Assembly: GCA_964604655.1 (NCBI GenBank)
Contig: CAZRZY010000008.1
Coordinates: 11,087 to 75,086, forward strand
Source: an uncultured Bacteroides sp.
GTDB taxonomy: Bacteria; Bacteroidota; Bacteroidia; Bacteroidales; GCA-2748055
Direction: 5' to 3'
Length of the DNA: 64,000 nucleotides
In this document: in pieces, positions 1 to 9,597 of the stretch
How the letters are laid out: every line of letters starts with the position of its first letter
Position numbering within the stretch: the first letter of the stretch is position 1
Translations under genes and position numbers: made by a program
The notes under the pieces: model-generated
Databases searched by the model: none
What the model saw: the letters and a program-made list of their open reading frames with translations, nothing else
Told to the model about the DNA's origin: nothing

Positions 1-97
1 TCCGAATTTCATACCTTTCACCTGTGGAAGTGTATACGGTAAATATAAGATTTTGGCCGGATATTTTGTTTCGTTATTTTTATCCTATATATATTAA

Positions 98-2098
98 ATG
101 ATTGATCAGCAGACTATAAACAGGATATTTGAAACCGCTGATATTGTAGAGGTGATCTCTGATTTCGTCACTCTCAAAAAAAGCGGGGCCAATTACAAGG
201 GGTTGAGTCCGTTCACCAACGAAAAAACCCCATCATTTATGGTTTCTCCTGCCAAGGGAATCTTCAAGGATTTCAGTTCAGGCAAAGGGGGCAATGTGGT
301 AGGGTTCCTTATGGAACATGAAAAACTGACCTACCCAGAGGCATTGCGCTACCTCGCAAGGAAATATAACATTCCTGTGGAGGAGAAGGAGAGGACGGCA
401 GAAGAGATTCAGCAGGTCAACGAGAGAGAAAGTCTGATGGCTCTCTCCACCTTCGCTTCAAAGTTCTTTGAGCAACAATTGGAAACCGCAGAAGGCCGCC
501 AGATTGGTCTCAGCTATTTTAGAAACAGGGGCATAAGGGACGATATCCGGGAAAAATTCACACTGGGCTACAGTCCGGAAAACCGCACGGCTCTTACCAA
601 TGAAGCGCAGAAGAATGGCTACAGGAAGGAATATCTGGTAAAGACCGGCCTCTCCATTGAACGCGACTCCCGTGTATTTGACCGTTTTTCCGGACGGGTG
701 ATCTTTCCCATCCACTCCATATCCGGCAATGTTATTGGATTCGGCGGACGAACACTTCGTTCGGATAAAAATGTTGCCAAATACGTCAATTCACCAGAAT
801 CCGATATCTATCACAAAAGCAAGGTGCTTTATGGCCTTTTCCAGGCGAAAAAATCCATGGTCTCCAGCGGCATTTGTTACCTGGTGGAGGGGTATACCGA
901 TGTGATCGCCATGCACCAGGCCGGTATCGAAAATGTGGTAGCCTCTTCTGGTACTGCTTTGACCTCGGACCAGATCAGGATGATCAAACGGTTTACCCCC
1001 GACGTCACGATCCTCTTTGATGGAGACGAAGCAGGCATTAAGGCTTCGTTCCGTGGTATCGATATGATCCTGGAGGAGGGGATGAATGTAAAGGTAGTAA
1101 TGTTACCGGAAGGGGAGGATCCCGATTCATATGCCCGTTCACACAGCTCCTCAGAGCTTCTCGAATACATCCGCGGGCAGGAAAAAGATTTCATTTCTTT
1201 CAAAACTGAGATCCTTTTAGCGGATGCCCAGCACGATCCGATCAAAAGAGCACAGCTGATCACCGATATCGTTCGGAGTATCGCTGTCATTCCTGATGGT
1301 ATCCAGCGAAGCGTTTTCCTGAAAGAATGCAGTCTATTGCTGGGAGTGAAGGAGCAGGTGCTATATACGGAGGTAAATAAGATCAGGAAAAAGCGTCAGG
1401 AGCAGAAATGGCGTGCAGAACAGGCTTCCAGAAGGGAAAAGAGCGGTTTTCATTCGTATGAAGCGAGAGATGCGGTCAGGGTTGAGGGTGAACCAGCCAC
1501 CACCGGCCTGCCCAGTCAGCCGCTGGTTCCGGGTTTCGTTGAGCATGTCTATTCGGAGATCGAGGAAAGAGAGATCATCTATTTCCTTCTGAAGTTCGGA
1601 AACCGCACCCTTCACGTGGGTGGCGACCAACCGTCCGAAATCTCGGTGGCCCAGTATATTATCCGTGAGATCCAGAATGATGAACTTGAATTCAATAATT
1701 TGGTTTACAGACAGATATTTGAGGATGTGAAAAGCTTGATCGAAAAGGGCGAGGAGGTGGCAGAACGTCATTTTATTTTCCATGACCACCCCGGTATACG
1801 CGAACTGGCGGTGGATATATTCACATCCAGGTATGAATTGAGCAAGGTCTGGAAGCGAAAGGAAGCGTATGTGGAACTTCCCGGTGAAAACCTTGGATTT
1901 GAAGTCCCTAAATCACTCCTCTCCTATAAAATGACGGTGATTGAAAAAGCATTGTCACGACTCCGGACCAATCTGGGGGAAATTGAAAAAGAAAACCGTC
2001 TCGATGAAATCAGGCAACTTATCTCCCGGATCAGCAGCCTGGAACAGGTAAAGAAAGAACTCTCCCTAAGTCTGGGTGGACGTACCATCATTCGCTGA
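98..2098 (+). CDS. dnaG: DNA primase
   Basis: N-terminal zinc-binding-like domain with Bacteroidota-type loss of Cys (GLSPFTNEKTPSF), KYVNSPES motif, TOPRIM VEGYTDV and FDGDEAG motifs. Confidence 0.97.
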   Translation: MIDQQTINRIFETADIVEVISDFVTLKKSGANYKGLSPFTNEKTPSFMVSPAKGIFKDFSSGKGGNVVGFLMEHEKLTYPEALRYLARKYNIPVEEKERTAEEIQQVNERESLMALSTFASKFFEQQLETAEGRQIGLSYFRNRGIRDDIREKFTLGYSPENRTALTNEAQKNGYRKEYLVKTGLSIERDSRVFDRFSGRVIFPIHSISGNVIGFGGRTLRSDKNVAKYVNSPESDIYHKSKVLYGLFQAKKSMVSSGICYLVEGYTDVIAMHQAGIENVVASSGTALTSDQIRMIKRFTPDVTILFDGDEAGIKASFRGIDMILEEGMNVKVVMLPEGEDPDSYARSHSSSELLEYIRGQEKDFISFKTEILLADAQHDPIKRAQLITDIVRSIAVIPDGIQRSVFLKECSLLLGVKEQVLYTEVNKIRKKRQEQKWRAEQASRREKSGFHSYEARDAVRVEGEPATTGLPSQPLVPGFVEHVYSEIEEREIIYFLLKFGNRTLHVGGDQPSEISVAQYIIREIQNDELEFNNLVYRQIFEDVKSLIEKGEEVAERHFIFHDHPGIRELAVDIFTSRYELSKVWKRKEAYVELPGENLGFEVPKSLLSYKMTVIEKALSRLRTNLGEIEKENRLDEIRQLISRISSLEQVKKELSLSLGGRTIIR

Positions 2099-2477
2099 AA
2101 TTCCGGTCAAGTTCCCTGATCAATGACTGCATTCCCCTGGCCATGGCATCATGGATGGTATGAAAGTCCAGAAGATCCTGGTGCATGTACTGGATAGCCA
2201 GGTGAATGGAAGCATGGTTCTTTTCCAGAAAGGTGTGAAGATCCGGTTTATGAAGTCGGTAGGCCTCTCTTATTCTGCGCTTCAACAAATTACGGTCCAC
2301 TGCACGTTTGAATAATCGCTTTGGCACGGAGATAACCACCGACGCGGGAAAAGAGGATTTTTCCACGTGGAGATAGCGAAGCCTGAATGGGGTCATGTAT
2401 ATGATCGCACCCGATTGAAACAGATCGGTCACTGATTGCCTGCCGGAGAGGCGCTCTCCTCTGTTAAACTTCGGCAC
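2088..2477 (-). CDS. rnpA: Ribonuclease P protein component
   Basis: ERL N-terminus and ISVPKRLFKRAVDRNLLKRRIREAYR (RNR motif); GTG start; follows hemD. Confidence 0.93.
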   Translation of the reverse strand: MPKFNRGERLSGRQSVTDLFQSGAIIYMTPFRLRYLHVEKSSFPASVVISVPKRLFKRAVDRNLLKRRIREAYRLHKPDLHTFLEKNHASIHLAIQYMHQDLLDFHTIHDAMARGMQSLIRELDRNFSE

Positions 2478-2478
2478 C

Positions 2479-3240
2479 TCAGGGCTTGCCGTTGCATTTA
2501 TTATGTTCCTTGATAAAATTTTCCAGAGCCATCGTCATGGATGGCGCCTGAGGCTGCGGCGCGGTGATATCGAGTCGAAGTCCGGCCTCCTCGGCTGCTT
2601 TGGCTGTTTTAGTTCCGAAAGAGGCTATTTTGGTATTGTTTTGTTGAAAATCGGGGAAATTCTGAAAAAGTGACTTGATTCCCGAAGGACTGTAGAATAC
2701 CAGGACATCGTAGTTCACATCGGCCAGGTCGGAGAGATCGCTGCATTCGGTGCGGTAGAGTACCGCTTTGGTATAACTGAAACTGTGCTTTTTCAATAAT
2801 TGCGGGATCTCCTCTTTGTGTGCAGCGGAAAGGGGAAGTAAGAATTTCTCAGTTTTGTGCTTTTGCATCACTTCCAGCAGGTTGGTGATTTTTCCATCCC
2901 CATAGAAGATTTTTCTTTTGCGGTATACTATATACTTCTGAAGATAGTGTGCAGTGGCTTCAGAGACACAAAAATATTTCATGGTATCCGGAATACTGGT
3001 CCGGGTCTCTTCCGCCATTCGGAAATAATGGTCAATCGCTGTTTTACTGGTAAAGATTACAGCTGTGTGTGCACCCATATCCACCTTATCCTGGCGAAAA
3101 TCTCTGGCACTGACCCCTTCCACATGGATGAAGGGCCTGAAGTCGATTTTTAGATTATGCTTGCTGGCGAGATCAAAGTAGGGTGATTTATTATTCTCAG
3201 GCTCTGGCTGAGAGACAAGGATTTTCCTTATTCTTCCCAT
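2479..3240 (-). CDS. hemD: Uroporphyrinogen-III synthase family protein
   Basis: ILVSQPEP, IFTSKTA and FYSPSGI motifs typical of Bacteroidota HemD-like proteins. Confidence 0.85.
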   Translation of the reverse strand: MGRIRKILVSQPEPENNKSPYFDLASKHNLKIDFRPFIHVEGVSARDFRQDKVDMGAHTAVIFTSKTAIDHYFRMAEETRTSIPDTMKYFCVSEATAHYLQKYIVYRKRKIFYGDGKITNLLEVMQKHKTEKFLLPLSAAHKEEIPQLLKKHSFSYTKAVLYRTECSDLSDLADVNYDVLVFYSPSGIKSLFQNFPDFQQNNTKIASFGTKTAKAAEEAGLRLDITAPQPQAPSMTMALENFIKEHNKCNGKP

Positions 3241-3252
3241 ATACTTCTCCGT

Positions 3253-4056
3253 TTAGACTAAAAGGATACCTTTCAACCACCTGTATAGCAACAGAAGTGG
3301 TACTATTTCAAGGGCACAAAGATACAAAAACATATAGAATATTGAAATATCTTTCTTCAAAGAAAAGATGACTCCCCGGAAGATTCTTGCAACGTATACG
3401 CTAATTATCAATGCGATAGCAGCCCAGAACGCTAACTGCTTCAACCATCCTTCTGTATAGGGCAGCAAGATCATCACCGGAATAGCTCCAATTCCTAATA
3501 ACTTATTATATATAAATTCATTATAAAAATGCTCCCTGTAAAGCTGTATCCGATTAAAAAGAAAGCCCACCAGTGTGACCGATATTATCCTGAATAGAAA
3601 AAATCCAGTAAGGATTCCAAGATTGAACAGATATAGCAGAACGTTTTGCAGGCCGTAGGGTCTTAATCCTAACATATCCTGTATCACGAACAGCAGAAAT
3701 GCGAATGAAAAGAGGTAAACGATATAAAGTATTGTATCAAGTTGTAGTTGTAACAAACTGTTATCTTGAAACATGCGACTGCTAATCTGAAAATTGACCG
3801 AGGCCATCACCGTCTGTTGAAGCAGGGGACCATATTGCATTTTTGTCCAGGCGAAAACAGCGACCAGTACAAATAGAAAGAGAAAATACCAGGTTGGGTG
3901 ATGCAAGGGAATCCGGTCCAGGCCCGATATGGCCCCGGCAAAGGCGGTAATCTCCCCGGAAATAACAGAATGATCGAACAGAAACGTACGGATCGCAGTA
4001 GCGGACCCGACTGCAGTATCTGAAATCGCTACGGCTATTTCCTCCTGTTCCGGCAT
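3253..4056 (-). CDS. DUF4271-like multi-pass membrane protein
   Basis: Several TM helices and C-terminal FYMFLYLCALEIVP; upstream of hemD. Start moved to ATG 4056 because the track's TTG at 4077 lies inside the -7 promoter box. Confidence 0.75.
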   Translation of the reverse strand: MPEQEEIAVAISDTAVGSATAIRTFLFDHSVISGEITAFAGAISGLDRIPLHHPTWYFLFLFVLVAVFAWTKMQYGPLLQQTVMASVNFQISSRMFQDNSLLQLQLDTILYIVYLFSFAFLLFVIQDMLGLRPYGLQNVLLYLFNLGILTGFFLFRIISVTLVGFLFNRIQLYREHFYNEFIYNKLLGIGAIPVMILLPYTEGWLKQLAFWAAIALIISVYVARIFRGVIFSLKKDISIFYMFLYLCALEIVPLLLLYRWLKGILLV

Positions 4057-4074
4057 GACAAATAATTCGAATGA

Positions 4075-4082
4075 CAAAGATA
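4075..4082 (-). promoter_or_regulatory. Bacteroidota sigma-A -7 element (TATCTTTG) for DUF4271-hemD-rnpA
   Basis: Exact TAnnTTTG match 18 nt upstream of ATG 4056. Confidence 0.7.
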
Positions 4083-4226
4083 GCCTGAACTATTTAAAAA
4101 AAGTTAACGGAAAGTGATATTTGAAATCTTTATAGTTCCTTTGCATCACATGAAGAAGGTCAGCTCTTTCCGTCTGATTCTCTTATATTTTCCGAATAAT
4201 TTTAAAACCACTGAATTTTTAAACGG

Positions 4227-5924
4227 ATGAAACAGAGCAAACGCCATATACTGGTCGGTGGAGTCCTCCTGGTATTGATCGCCGCAGGATTCACTTCTAT
4301 CCGAAACAAAGATCTGGAAATCGTCAAAAACCTGGATATCTATTATACCCTTTTCAGGGAACTGAATATGTTCTACGTCGACGAGACCAATCCTGAAGAA
4401 CTGGTTACCACCAGCATCGATGCAATGCTCAACTCCCTGGATCCCTACACCACCTATATTCCTGAGTCGAATATGGATGACTTTAAGTTTCAGACAACCG
4501 GTGAGTACGGGGGAATAGGTTCACTGATCCGCCGTTCGGAGGACCACGTGATGATCGCCAATCCTTACAAGGGCTTTCCTGCCGAAAAGGCCGGACTTCG
4601 TGCCGGGGACCTGATACTTGAAGTGGATGGGGCCACCACCAGGGGTCTCCCTATCGAATCGGTTAGTGATAAGCTGAAAGGTAAGCCCGGCTCTACACTG
4701 ACACTGCTAATCAGCCGCTACGGACAGGGAAATCCTATGAAATTTAACCTGATAAGAGAAAAAATCTCCATTCGCAACGTACCATATTTCGGCATGCTTG
4801 ATGAGCGCATAGGCTATATCAGGGTATCGAACTTTACCTCGGGAGCCGGAAAGGAGGTTGAAGAGGCATTTCGGTCGCTGAAAAAGGATCACCAACTGGA
4901 ATCGCTGGTGCTTGATCTGCGTGCAAACCCTGGTGGCTTGCTTCTTGAAGCGGTCCGGATGTGCAACTTATTCGTGGAGAAGGGTGAACTGATCGTAAGC
5001 ACCAAGGGCAAAGTAAGCCGGTGGGATTCCGAATACCAAACACAGTCACAACCTCTCGATACAGAAATCCCGCTGGTAGTAATGGTCAATCGCGGTTCCG
5101 CATCCGCCGCGGAAATCGTAGCCGGAGCACTTCAGGATCTGGATCGCGCAGTCATTGTAGGTCAGCGAACTTTTGGGAAAGGTCTGGTACAGACTACTCG
5201 TCCGCTTAAATACAATGCCCAGCTTAAAGTAACTACCGCTGAGTACTATATCCCCAGTGGTCGATGTATCCAGGCTCTCGACTATTCAAACAGGAATGAA
5301 GACGGAAGCGTAGGAAAGGTACCTGACTCGCTCATTTCCGAGTATCAAACAAGGAATGGAAGGTTGGTTTATGACGGAGGTGGCATTGAACCAGACTTTG
5401 AAGTAAAATCAGAGCAACTCTCAGAGATTACACTTCAGCTCTATGGCCAGGAGTTTATTTTTGATTTTGCTACCCTGTTCAGGGAAACGTATGAAACCAT
5501 CCCGGATCCCGCTTCCTTCTATATCGATAACATGCAATACGACCAGTTTAAGTCGTTTGTTCAGGAACAGGATTTTGAGTTTCAGACAGCCACTGAAAAA
5601 GCGTTTCAGGAGTTGATGATGCATGCGGTGCGGGAAAAGTATCATGACATTGCCGAGGAAGAATTTAATGCACTCGAAAAGAAATTGTCTCACAATATTT
5701 TGAAGGATATGGAGACTTTTCAGGAGGAGATCCGACAAATACTTTCGGAGGAAATCGTCAGTCGCTATTACTACCAGGAAGGACGGATCATCAAACAGAT
5801 CCGAAAGGATGTTCAACTGGATAAGGCAATTCATATCCTGGATGAACCTTCCCTGTTCGAAGAAGTATTGGACGGACGCAAGGGGGCCCTTGTCAGTTCT
5901 GGAAAAATGCGAGGCTTAAACTAA
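4227..5924 (+). CDS. S41 family C-terminal processing peptidase (PDZ domain)
   Basis: Signal/anchor, LDPYT, PDZ domain, LDLRANPGGLL, SASAAEIV (catalytic Ser) and TFGKG motifs. Confidence 0.93.
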   Translation: MKQSKRHILVGGVLLVLIAAGFTSIRNKDLEIVKNLDIYYTLFRELNMFYVDETNPEELVTTSIDAMLNSLDPYTTYIPESNMDDFKFQTTGEYGGIGSLIRRSEDHVMIANPYKGFPAEKAGLRAGDLILEVDGATTRGLPIESVSDKLKGKPGSTLTLLISRYGQGNPMKFNLIREKISIRNVPYFGMLDERIGYIRVSNFTSGAGKEVEEAFRSLKKDHQLESLVLDLRANPGGLLLEAVRMCNLFVEKGELIVSTKGKVSRWDSEYQTQSQPLDTEIPLVVMVNRGSASAAEIVAGALQDLDRAVIVGQRTFGKGLVQTTRPLKYNAQLKVTTAEYYIPSGRCIQALDYSNRNEDGSVGKVPDSLISEYQTRNGRLVYDGGGIEPDFEVKSEQLSEITLQLYGQEFIFDFATLFRETYETIPDPASFYIDNMQYDQFKSFVQEQDFEFQTATEKAFQELMMHAVREKYHDIAEEEFNALEKKLSHNILKDMETFQEEIRQILSEEIVSRYYYQEGRIIKQIRKDVQLDKAIHILDEPSLFEEVLDGRKGALVSSGKMRGLN

Positions 5925-8698
5925 TGTGCTTCAAGCCAGTTAAAACCCTCACCTGTATCCACAGTTAAGGGGACCTTCAATTCAGTAGCGTGCTCCATTT
6001 TTTCAATAACAATAGCCTTGACCCGTTCCATTTCCCCCGGGTAAACATCGAAGTTCAATTCGTCGTGTACCTGCAGGATCATTGCTGAGCGAAGCGACTC
6101 ATTCTGAAAAGCCTCCTCAATTTTTACCATAGCAATCTTGATGATATCTGCTGCGGAACCCTGAATGGGTGAATTGATGGCATTCCGTTCGGCATTACCT
6201 CTGACGACGCTATTCCTGGAAAGAATGTCCGGCAGGTACCTCCGCCGGCCAAACATGGTTTCCACATAACTCTGTTCTCTGGCCGTTTGAATACAGTGGT
6301 CCATGTATATTCTGACATCCGGATAGGTTTCAAAATATCCTTCGATCAGCTGGCGTGCATCGTTCATCGAAATCGGCATCCTTTGTGAAAGTCCAAAAGC
6401 TGAGATTCCATAGATAATCCCGAAGTTGGCAGTTTTTGCATTGCTCCTCATCTCCCTGGTCACCTCCTCCACCGGTACCTTATAGATCTTTGCCGCCGTT
6501 GCAGTATGAATATCTTCCTGGTTAACGAAAGCCTCGATCATCTGTGGATCACCACTGAGATGGGCCATCAGTCGCAATTCGATCTGGGAGTAGTCGGCTG
6601 AAAAGAAGCGGTTGCGCTTCTCTCCCGGTATGAACGCCCTGCGAATCTCCCTGCCTCTTCCCTCCCTGATGGGAATGTTCTGCAGATTGGGGTGATTGGA
6701 CGAGAGGCGGCCCGTAGCCACCAGCGCCTGGTTAAATGAAGTATGTATCTTGCCGGTTTTTGGTTTTACCAGCCTGGGGAGTGCTTCTACGTATGTCGAT
6801 AACAGCTTTTTTAATGACCTGTATTCCAGTACCATGGAAACGATCGGGTGCTCATCCTTTAATTTCAGTAATACTTCCTCTGCGGTAGCATATTGTTTCG
6901 TTCTGGTCTTTTTCGGCTCCGCTACAATCTTCAGCTTTTCAAACAGTATTTCTCCCAGCTGCTTCGGTGAACTGATATTGAATACCGTACCTGCTGCTTT
7001 ATGGATCTTTTCTTCAATAGTAATGATGGCTGTTCTGAGCTCATCGGCAAAATTCTCCAGCGCCTTCACATCCAGACGTACACCGTGATGCTCCATCTTC
7101 ATCAATACCTTCACCAACGGCATTTCAATATCTGAAGAAAGCCGGCCATATCCCTCCTTTTCAATCAATTTGCTCAGCAGTTCCGCCAGCTGGAAAGTAA
7201 TATCGGCATCCTCTCCTGCATACTCACTGGCAAGCTCCGGGTCGACGGATTTGAAGGAACGTTGTCCTTTCCCTTTCTCACCGATGAGTTCCTCGATCTT
7301 CACCATGGAGTATTCCAGGTATTGTTCAGCCAGCACATTTAGATTGTGTTTCTGATCCGGTTTTAAGATAAAATGAGCAACCATTGTATCGAACAGAATC
7401 CCCTGAACATCAATTCCGTAATTGGCCAGAATATGAAGATCATATTTCAGGTTCTGGCCCACCTTTTTTATCCCGGGATCTCCCAGCGGGACAGCCAGTT
7501 CCTGCAACCACATATCCATCTCTTTTGTATCATCGCCAAATGCGACGTAAAATGCCCTATGGGGTTCCCGGCAAAAGGCAATCCCTACCAGTTCAGACTC
7601 GATCGGGTCCAGACCGGTGGTTTCCGTATCAAAACAGAACTTCTCCGCAACGGACAACTGTTCAGCCAGGTCCTTTACCCCTTCCAACGTATTCACCAGC
7701 CTGTAGTCATGGGATACACGGTCTATGGTTTTGAACTTCTCCTTCAGGCTTTTGCCCGCATTCGAAGCCTGTTCCTCATGGCCAAAGAGGGTCGATTGCT
7801 GTCCGGCAGATTGCTCACCGGCAGATTGCTCACCGAAAAAGCGGTTTCCCAGATTCTTAAACTCCAGTTCTGTGAAAAGGGAGCGGAGATTTTCTGAATC
7901 AGGGGGTTTCCTCTCCAGGTCATCGGGATGAAGCAACAGGGGAACATCTACTGCAATGGTGGCTAGTGCCTTTGAAAGTTGTGCCTGTTCCCTGTAAGCC
8001 TCCAGATTCTCTTTTTGCTTTCCTTTCAGCTTTTCGATGTTTTCGTAGATTCCTTCCAGTGACCGGAAGGAACCGATCAGCTTTTTGGCGGTCTTTTCTC
8101 CGATACCCGGTACTCCCGGAATATTATCCGACGTGTCTCCCCATAATGCCAGAATATCGATCACCTGTCTGGGATGTTCCACGAGGAACTTTTCCCTGAC
8201 CTGCTCCGGTCCGAGGATTTCGGGTGCATTTCCACTCCTTGCCGGTTTATACATAAATACCTGGTCTGAAACCAGCTGGGCGAAATCCTTGTCAGGGGTC
8301 ATCATAAATGTAGTATACCCCTCTTTTTCAGCTATTTTAGAAAGTGTACCTATGACATCGTCTGCTTCGAATCCAGGCTCCTCGAGGATGGGGATATTCA
8401 ACCCTTCGATGATTCTCTTTATATATGGGATGGATGCGGTAATCTCCTCGGGTGTTTCTTCCCTGTTTGCTTTGTATTCGGGGTACATCTCTTTTCTGAA
8501 TGTGGGTCCGGCAGGGTCGAATACTACGGCAATATGAGAGGGATCCTCTTTCCTGAGTATTTCCTCCAGCGCCAGGGTAAACCCGAAGATGGTTGAGGTA
8601 GGCAACCCTTTCGAGTTGGTCATCGGATTGGAGAAAAAGGCGTAATACGCCCTGAATATCAATGCATAAGCATCTAAAAGAAAGAGCTTCTTCTTCAT
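5921..8698 (-). CDS. polA: DNA polymerase I
   Basis: 5'-3' exonuclease (LLDAYALIFRAYY, EADDVIGT), intact 3'-5' exo motifs (FDTETT, NLKYD, YAGED), polymerase motifs ADYSQIELR and QVHDEL. Confidence 0.98.
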   Translation of the reverse strand: MKKKLFLLDAYALIFRAYYAFFSNPMTNSKGLPTSTIFGFTLALEEILRKEDPSHIAVVFDPAGPTFRKEMYPEYKANREETPEEITASIPYIKRIIEGLNIPILEEPGFEADDVIGTLSKIAEKEGYTTFMMTPDKDFAQLVSDQVFMYKPARSGNAPEILGPEQVREKFLVEHPRQVIDILALWGDTSDNIPGVPGIGEKTAKKLIGSFRSLEGIYENIEKLKGKQKENLEAYREQAQLSKALATIAVDVPLLLHPDDLERKPPDSENLRSLFTELEFKNLGNRFFGEQSAGEQSAGQQSTLFGHEEQASNAGKSLKEKFKTIDRVSHDYRLVNTLEGVKDLAEQLSVAEKFCFDTETTGLDPIESELVGIAFCREPHRAFYVAFGDDTKEMDMWLQELAVPLGDPGIKKVGQNLKYDLHILANYGIDVQGILFDTMVAHFILKPDQKHNLNVLAEQYLEYSMVKIEELIGEKGKGQRSFKSVDPELASEYAGEDADITFQLAELLSKLIEKEGYGRLSSDIEMPLVKVLMKMEHHGVRLDVKALENFADELRTAIITIEEKIHKAAGTVFNISSPKQLGEILFEKLKIVAEPKKTRTKQYATAEEVLLKLKDEHPIVSMVLEYRSLKKLLSTYVEALPRLVKPKTGKIHTSFNQALVATGRLSSNHPNLQNIPIREGRGREIRRAFIPGEKRNRFFSADYSQIELRLMAHLSGDPQMIEAFVNQEDIHTATAAKIYKVPVEEVTREMRSNAKTANFGIIYGISAFGLSQRMPISMNDARQLIEGYFETYPDVRIYMDHCIQTAREQSYVETMFGRRRYLPDILSRNSVVRGNAERNAINSPIQGSAADIIKIAMVKIEEAFQNESLRSAMILQVHDELNFDVYPGEMERVKAIVIEKMEHATELKVPLTVDTGEGFNWLEAH
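7794..7838. repeat. About 3 x 15-bp in-frame tandem repeat in the polA linker
   Basis: gattgctgtccggca / gattgctcaccggca / gattgctcaccgaaa, encoding GEQSA-GEQSA-GQQST. Confidence 0.85.
8175..8190. other. Secondary parS-like site inside polA
   Basis: TGTTCCACGAGGAACT, one mismatch to the site at 12928. Confidence 0.55.
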
Positions 8699-8704
8699 TG
8701 CTGA

Positions 8705-9157
8705 CTATTTCGGATTATCCTCGGCACTCCATTCGGCAAAGGAAGTGGCTGTTTCATACAGCTTTACTGAATGCAGATCGACCCCTTCAGGAAGCTGAGC
8801 CCGGATGATACCTGCAATATATGTAACCAGATTTTCACATGTAGGCTGAAAATCAAATACATGTACTTTTTGATACATCTGTCTTATCGAATCCAGTACC
8901 TCTCCTTCTGCCTGCCGGTAGACAACCAGAGAGTGATCGAGCGTATCAACAACAGGACCTTTGACTATTTTTTTGAGATCCCTGAAATCGATGACCATTC
9001 CGAATTTAGAATGTTGGCTGTCGGATAGTGGTTCCCCGGCCAGTGTTACATACAACCTGTAGGAATGGCCATGAATATTTTTGCAGTCCCCATCGTAATT
9101 CCAGAGGGCATGAGCCATCTCAAAATGAAATTCTTTGGTAACCCTTATCCTGGCCAT
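8705..9157 (-). CDS. queD: 6-carboxytetrahydropterin synthase (queuosine pathway)
   Basis: FEMAHAL, CKNIHGHSY, DFRDLK, LDH, PTCENL and YET motifs; ATG 9157 preferred over TTG 9166. Confidence 0.9.
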   Translation of the reverse strand: MARIRVTKEFHFEMAHALWNYDGDCKNIHGHSYRLYVTLAGEPLSDSQHSKFGMVIDFRDLKKIVKGPVVDTLDHSLVVYRQAEGEVLDSIRQMYQKVHVFDFQPTCENLVTYIAGIIRAQLPEGVDLHSVKLYETATSFAEWSAEDNPK

Positions 9158-9169
9158 GGTAAGCAACAG

Positions 9170-9469
9170 CTAATCGCAAGCACATTCACTGATACACTGT
9201 ATCAGTTTACTCAGATTCTTATGCTTCAGGTAATAGAGCGTATTCTTCCCCTGCCTGGTAGAGGCCAGGATCCCTTTATCCTTCAAAATACCGAGATGGT
9301 GAGAAGTCGTAGATTGTTCGATGTTCAAGAGTTTATGTATCTCTGTCACACTCCTTTTCCTTCCCTCACCCAAATGGTCCAGGATCGCAAGCCGCATGGG
9401 ATGCGAGATCGCCTTGATCATGTTGGCGGCCCTTTCTACTTGTTCAGGTTTGAGATCTGAAAATTCCAT
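9170..9469 (-). CDS. ArsR/SmtB family transcriptional regulator
   Basis: KAISHPMRLAIL, QSTTSHHLGILK winged helix; C-terminal CxxxCxC. Confidence 0.92.
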   Translation of the reverse strand: MEFSDLKPEQVERAANMIKAISHPMRLAILDHLGEGRKRSVTEIHKLLNIEQSTTSHHLGILKDKGILASTRQGKNTLYYLKHKNLSKLIQCISECACD

Positions 9470-9509
9470 CAGTAAGGGTTTAGCTCAGAACGTTCATGTG
9501 GATCACATA

Positions 9510-9517
9510 CAAATATA
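9510..9517 (-). promoter_or_regulatory. -7 element (TATATTTG) for arsR-queD-polA
   Basis: Exact TAnnTTTG match about 40 nt upstream of the arsR ATG. Confidence 0.7.
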
Positions 9518-9569
9518 TCAATATTTAGCTATCTATATGCCGGGCCCCATTTAATCGGTAATCTTTTCC

Positions 9570-9577
9570 TACCTTTG
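9570..9577 (+). promoter_or_regulatory. -7 element (TACCTTTG) for the polyprenyl synthetase gene
   Basis: Exact TAnnTTTG match 20 nt before ATG 9598. Confidence 0.7.
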
Positions 9578-9597
9578 AAAATCCCTACCATGGACCG

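Noticed and set aside
1-12. Possible minus-strand gene start (ATG AAA TTC GGA) at the left edge
   Set aside because: Only four codons visible; cannot be supported.
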